Shown here: piece after piece, positions 62,070 to 64,000 of the stretch | Numbering within the stretch: position 1 is the stretch's first letter | Layout: each line of letters starts with the position of its first letter | Origin: Deltaproteobacteria bacterium | Lineage (GTDB): Bacteria > Myxococcota_A > Polyangia > Fen-1088 | Reading direction: 5' to 3' | Assembly: GCA_033763315.1 (NCBI GenBank) | Contig: JANRKS010000009.1 | Location: forward strand, 288,001-352,000 | Length of the DNA: 64,000 bases | Made by a program: the position numbers and the translations under genes | The notes under the pieces: generated by a model | Database searches by the model: none | What the model saw: only the letters and a program-made list of their open reading frames with translations | What the model was told of the DNA's origin: nothing

Positions 62070-62759
62070 ATGCCTGCCACAACGCTTACGGAAATCGCAG
62101 ACGGTTTATGGGGCTTGGAGGATGAGTTGAGCCTGCCTGGTGGCGCGAAGCTGCCCGTCAGAGCCACCGTGGCCGCGCTGGGCGATGGCGGCCTCGCGAT
62201 CTACAGCCCCGTTGCGATGGCCGAACAGGCCGCCGCAGCGGTGGCAAAGCTGGGCCGTCTTCAATATGTGATCGCCCCTTCAGGCCTGCACCACCTTTAC
62301 GTGGCACCCACGCTCGCCAAGTTCCCCGAAGCCAAACTCTATGCATCGCCGGTGGTGGCGAAAAAACGCAAAGGCCTTCGCTTCGATGGCGTGCTGACCG
62401 ATGGGCTGCCGCCAGGGCTGGCCGCGGTGTTTTCCGCGCTGACGATCGAAGGCGCCCCTGCGGTTCAAGAAACGGTGATGGTGCACAATCCCACCGGTTC
62501 GCTGCTCGTTACGGATCTGTTATTCAACATCACGCACCCTCGCGGTTGGATGTCGAAGTTTGTTCTCGGCTGCACGGGCACCAACGGGCGCCTGGCGCAG
62601 AGCCGACTTTGGCAGTTTTACGGCAAAGACAAAGCAGCGCTGAAAACCAGCACGCAAAAGATGCTGGATCTGTCGTGGGACCGTCTGATTCCGTGCCACG
62701 GTGAAGTGTTGGCCACCGGCGCGAAGAACGCCGTGACCGCGGCTCTGCGCTGGAAGTGA
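62070..62759 (+). CDS. DUF4336 family (metallo-beta-lactamase-like) protein
   Basis: GGLAIYSP, IAPSGLHHLY, E..MVH...SLLVTDL.FN, WDRLIPCHG. Confidence 0.8.
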   Translation: MPATTLTEIADGLWGLEDELSLPGGAKLPVRATVAALGDGGLAIYSPVAMAEQAAAAVAKLGRLQYVIAPSGLHHLYVAPTLAKFPEAKLYASPVVAKKRKGLRFDGVLTDGLPPGLAAVFSALTIEGAPAVQETVMVHNPTGSLLVTDLLFNITHPRGWMSKFVLGCTGTNGRLAQSRLWQFYGKDKAALKTSTQKMLDLSWDRLIPCHGEVLATGAKNAVTAALRWK

Positions 62760-62763
62760 AGCT

Positions 62764-64000
62764 TTACGGGCGCGTCCAATTCGGAAACGGCAAACCTTGT
62801 TCGCGGTTGTACCCGCGCACGTAAGACACGATCGTGTTTTGTTCATCCACCAAGATGAACGTGGGGGTGGCGCTAATCCCGTACGTCACGAAGGTTGTGC
62901 GCCCTAGATCGCTGGCCACGTTATCCGGGAAGGGTTGTTTGCGCTTGGCGAAGAACGCGTCGAGCGTGCTGCGATCTTCATCCGTCACCGCCAGGATTGG
63001 GATCTTGCGGGCCGTGGAGAACTGCATTAGCTCGGGCACGGCCGCTTTGCACGGCCCACACCACGTGGCCCAGTAAAACAGCACATAGGGCCCCTGCGCC
63101 AGCTTGGCGGGCGCTTGGCCGCGGTAACTTTCGAGCGGAATCAATGATTGCGCGTGTTCGCCTTCTTTGGGCCGCGTGGGCAGCTTCGGCAATTCGGAAG
63201 GGTAGGGCGATAGCGTGATGTTCACGACGCGGCTTTTGCCATCGCGCACGATGACCAGCGGCAACGGCTGCAAGGTCGGGGAGAGCATTGTCCAACTGCG
63301 CACCTGGTTGTTGTCGGCGAACGGCGCGCCCGGCGGTCCCAGCACCACGTCGGAGGCGCGCAGCCCGGCTTTTGCCGCGGGCGAATTGGGGAACACGCGG
63401 CGGATCAAAGAAGCGCCCGAAGGCAGTTTCAAACGCGCGGCCAACTTATCGGCGGGTGGTTGAAACTCAATGCCCAACCATGCGGGAAAAACGGCCTGGG
63501 CTTGTGTGAGGTCGTCTTCGTATGAAGGCAACGTTGGCGCGGCCTTCTCGCCACCGCCTTCGTCGGCGCGCAGCCCCAGCCCGAACTGCTCACACTGCGT
63601 AAGCAGCGCCAAAGCCTTCTTCTGCGCCTCTGTGCCAGCCGTCTCCACCAACACGCGGCCCGCGATGTTGGCCAACACCATGCGCATGCGCAGCATCGCC
63701 GCCAAGCGGACCTCCATGCGGTAAGAAACTTCGTTCACTGTGTCCAATCGGTTGGCCACCAGCATCAGCCGTTTGTGGCGTTCGGCCTGTTGTTCAGTGA
63801 AGGGCACAAGCTCGGCCAGGAGCGCCGACGCCAAAGCGCGGCGTTCGCTTTGTGGCAGCACGTTGATCGCGCGCGGTTGCAAGCGTGCGTTCCACAGCGG
63901 CTTGCTCTTGAGGAAGTCGTGCAGGTTGCCGTTCGTGATGTCGGAAAGTGCGTCGTCCCAAAGTTTGCCATGCCGCTCAAGTTGCTCTTGCGCCTCTTGC
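62764..64000 (-). CDS. PDZ + TlpA/thioredoxin fusion protein (5' end beyond window)
   Basis: Frame stays open to the window edge; WLGIEF..VFPNSPAAKAGLRASDVV PDZ; FYWATWCGPC and ISATPTFILVD thioredoxin fold. Confidence 0.8.
   Translation of the reverse strand, partial: QEAQEQLERHGKLWDDALSDITNGNLHDFLKSKPLWNARLQPRAINVLPQSERRALASALLAELVPFTEQQAERHKRLMLVANRLDTVNEVSYRMEVRLAAMLRMRMVLANIAGRVLVETAGTEAQKKALALLTQCEQFGLGLRADEGGGEKAAPTLPSYEDDLTQAQAVFPAWLGIEFQPPADKLAARLKLPSGASLIRRVFPNSPAAKAGLRASDVVLGPPGAPFADNNQVRSWTMLSPTLQPLPLVIVRDGKSRVVNITLSPYPSELPKLPTRPKEGEHAQSLIPLESYRGQAPAKLAQGPYVLFYWATWCGPCKAAVPELMQFSTARKIPILAVTDEDRSTLDAFFAKRKQPFPDNVASDLGRTTFVTYGISATPTFILVDEQNTIVSYVRGYNREQGLPFPNWTRP

Overview
GC-rich bacterial chromosome segment whose gene families point to Myxococcota (probably Polyangia-like; this is inference). 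The backbone is housekeeping: purB-purC-(degenerate purQ)-murJ, a PbpG-like peptidase, efp-epmA, yajC-secD-secF-recJ, terC, yacG, glnB, psd, an alternative sigma-70, comEC and tilS-ftsH-folP-glmM-nnr. Accessory modules are a complete six-gene ebo cluster split into two convergent operons (eboABF / eboDEC), an intact Phd/VapC toxin-antitoxin pair, a decayed nucleotidyltransferase toxin-antitoxin pair, myxobacterial lipoproteins and a PVC-type dehydrogenase. The best candidate for an undescribed system is at 54.2-61.5 kb: TonB-dependent receptor, lipoprotein, ECF sigma, membrane anti-sigma, and an exported caspase fused to a repeat solenoid and a probable outer-membrane barrel. An identical GGTAAC-N16-GGTGTT motif precedes both the receptor and the sigma gene, which suggests protease-gated trans-envelope signalling. 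Other oddities are a Zn-ribbon/Tudor-like protein with a histone-H1-like tail, a PurQ lacking its catalytic residues, a P-II with Q39T, a sigma with the region-2.4 Q-to-H change, and many apparently leaderless genes. No rRNA, tRNA, CRISPR array or transposase was recognised. All family calls come from motif recognition by eye, not database searches.
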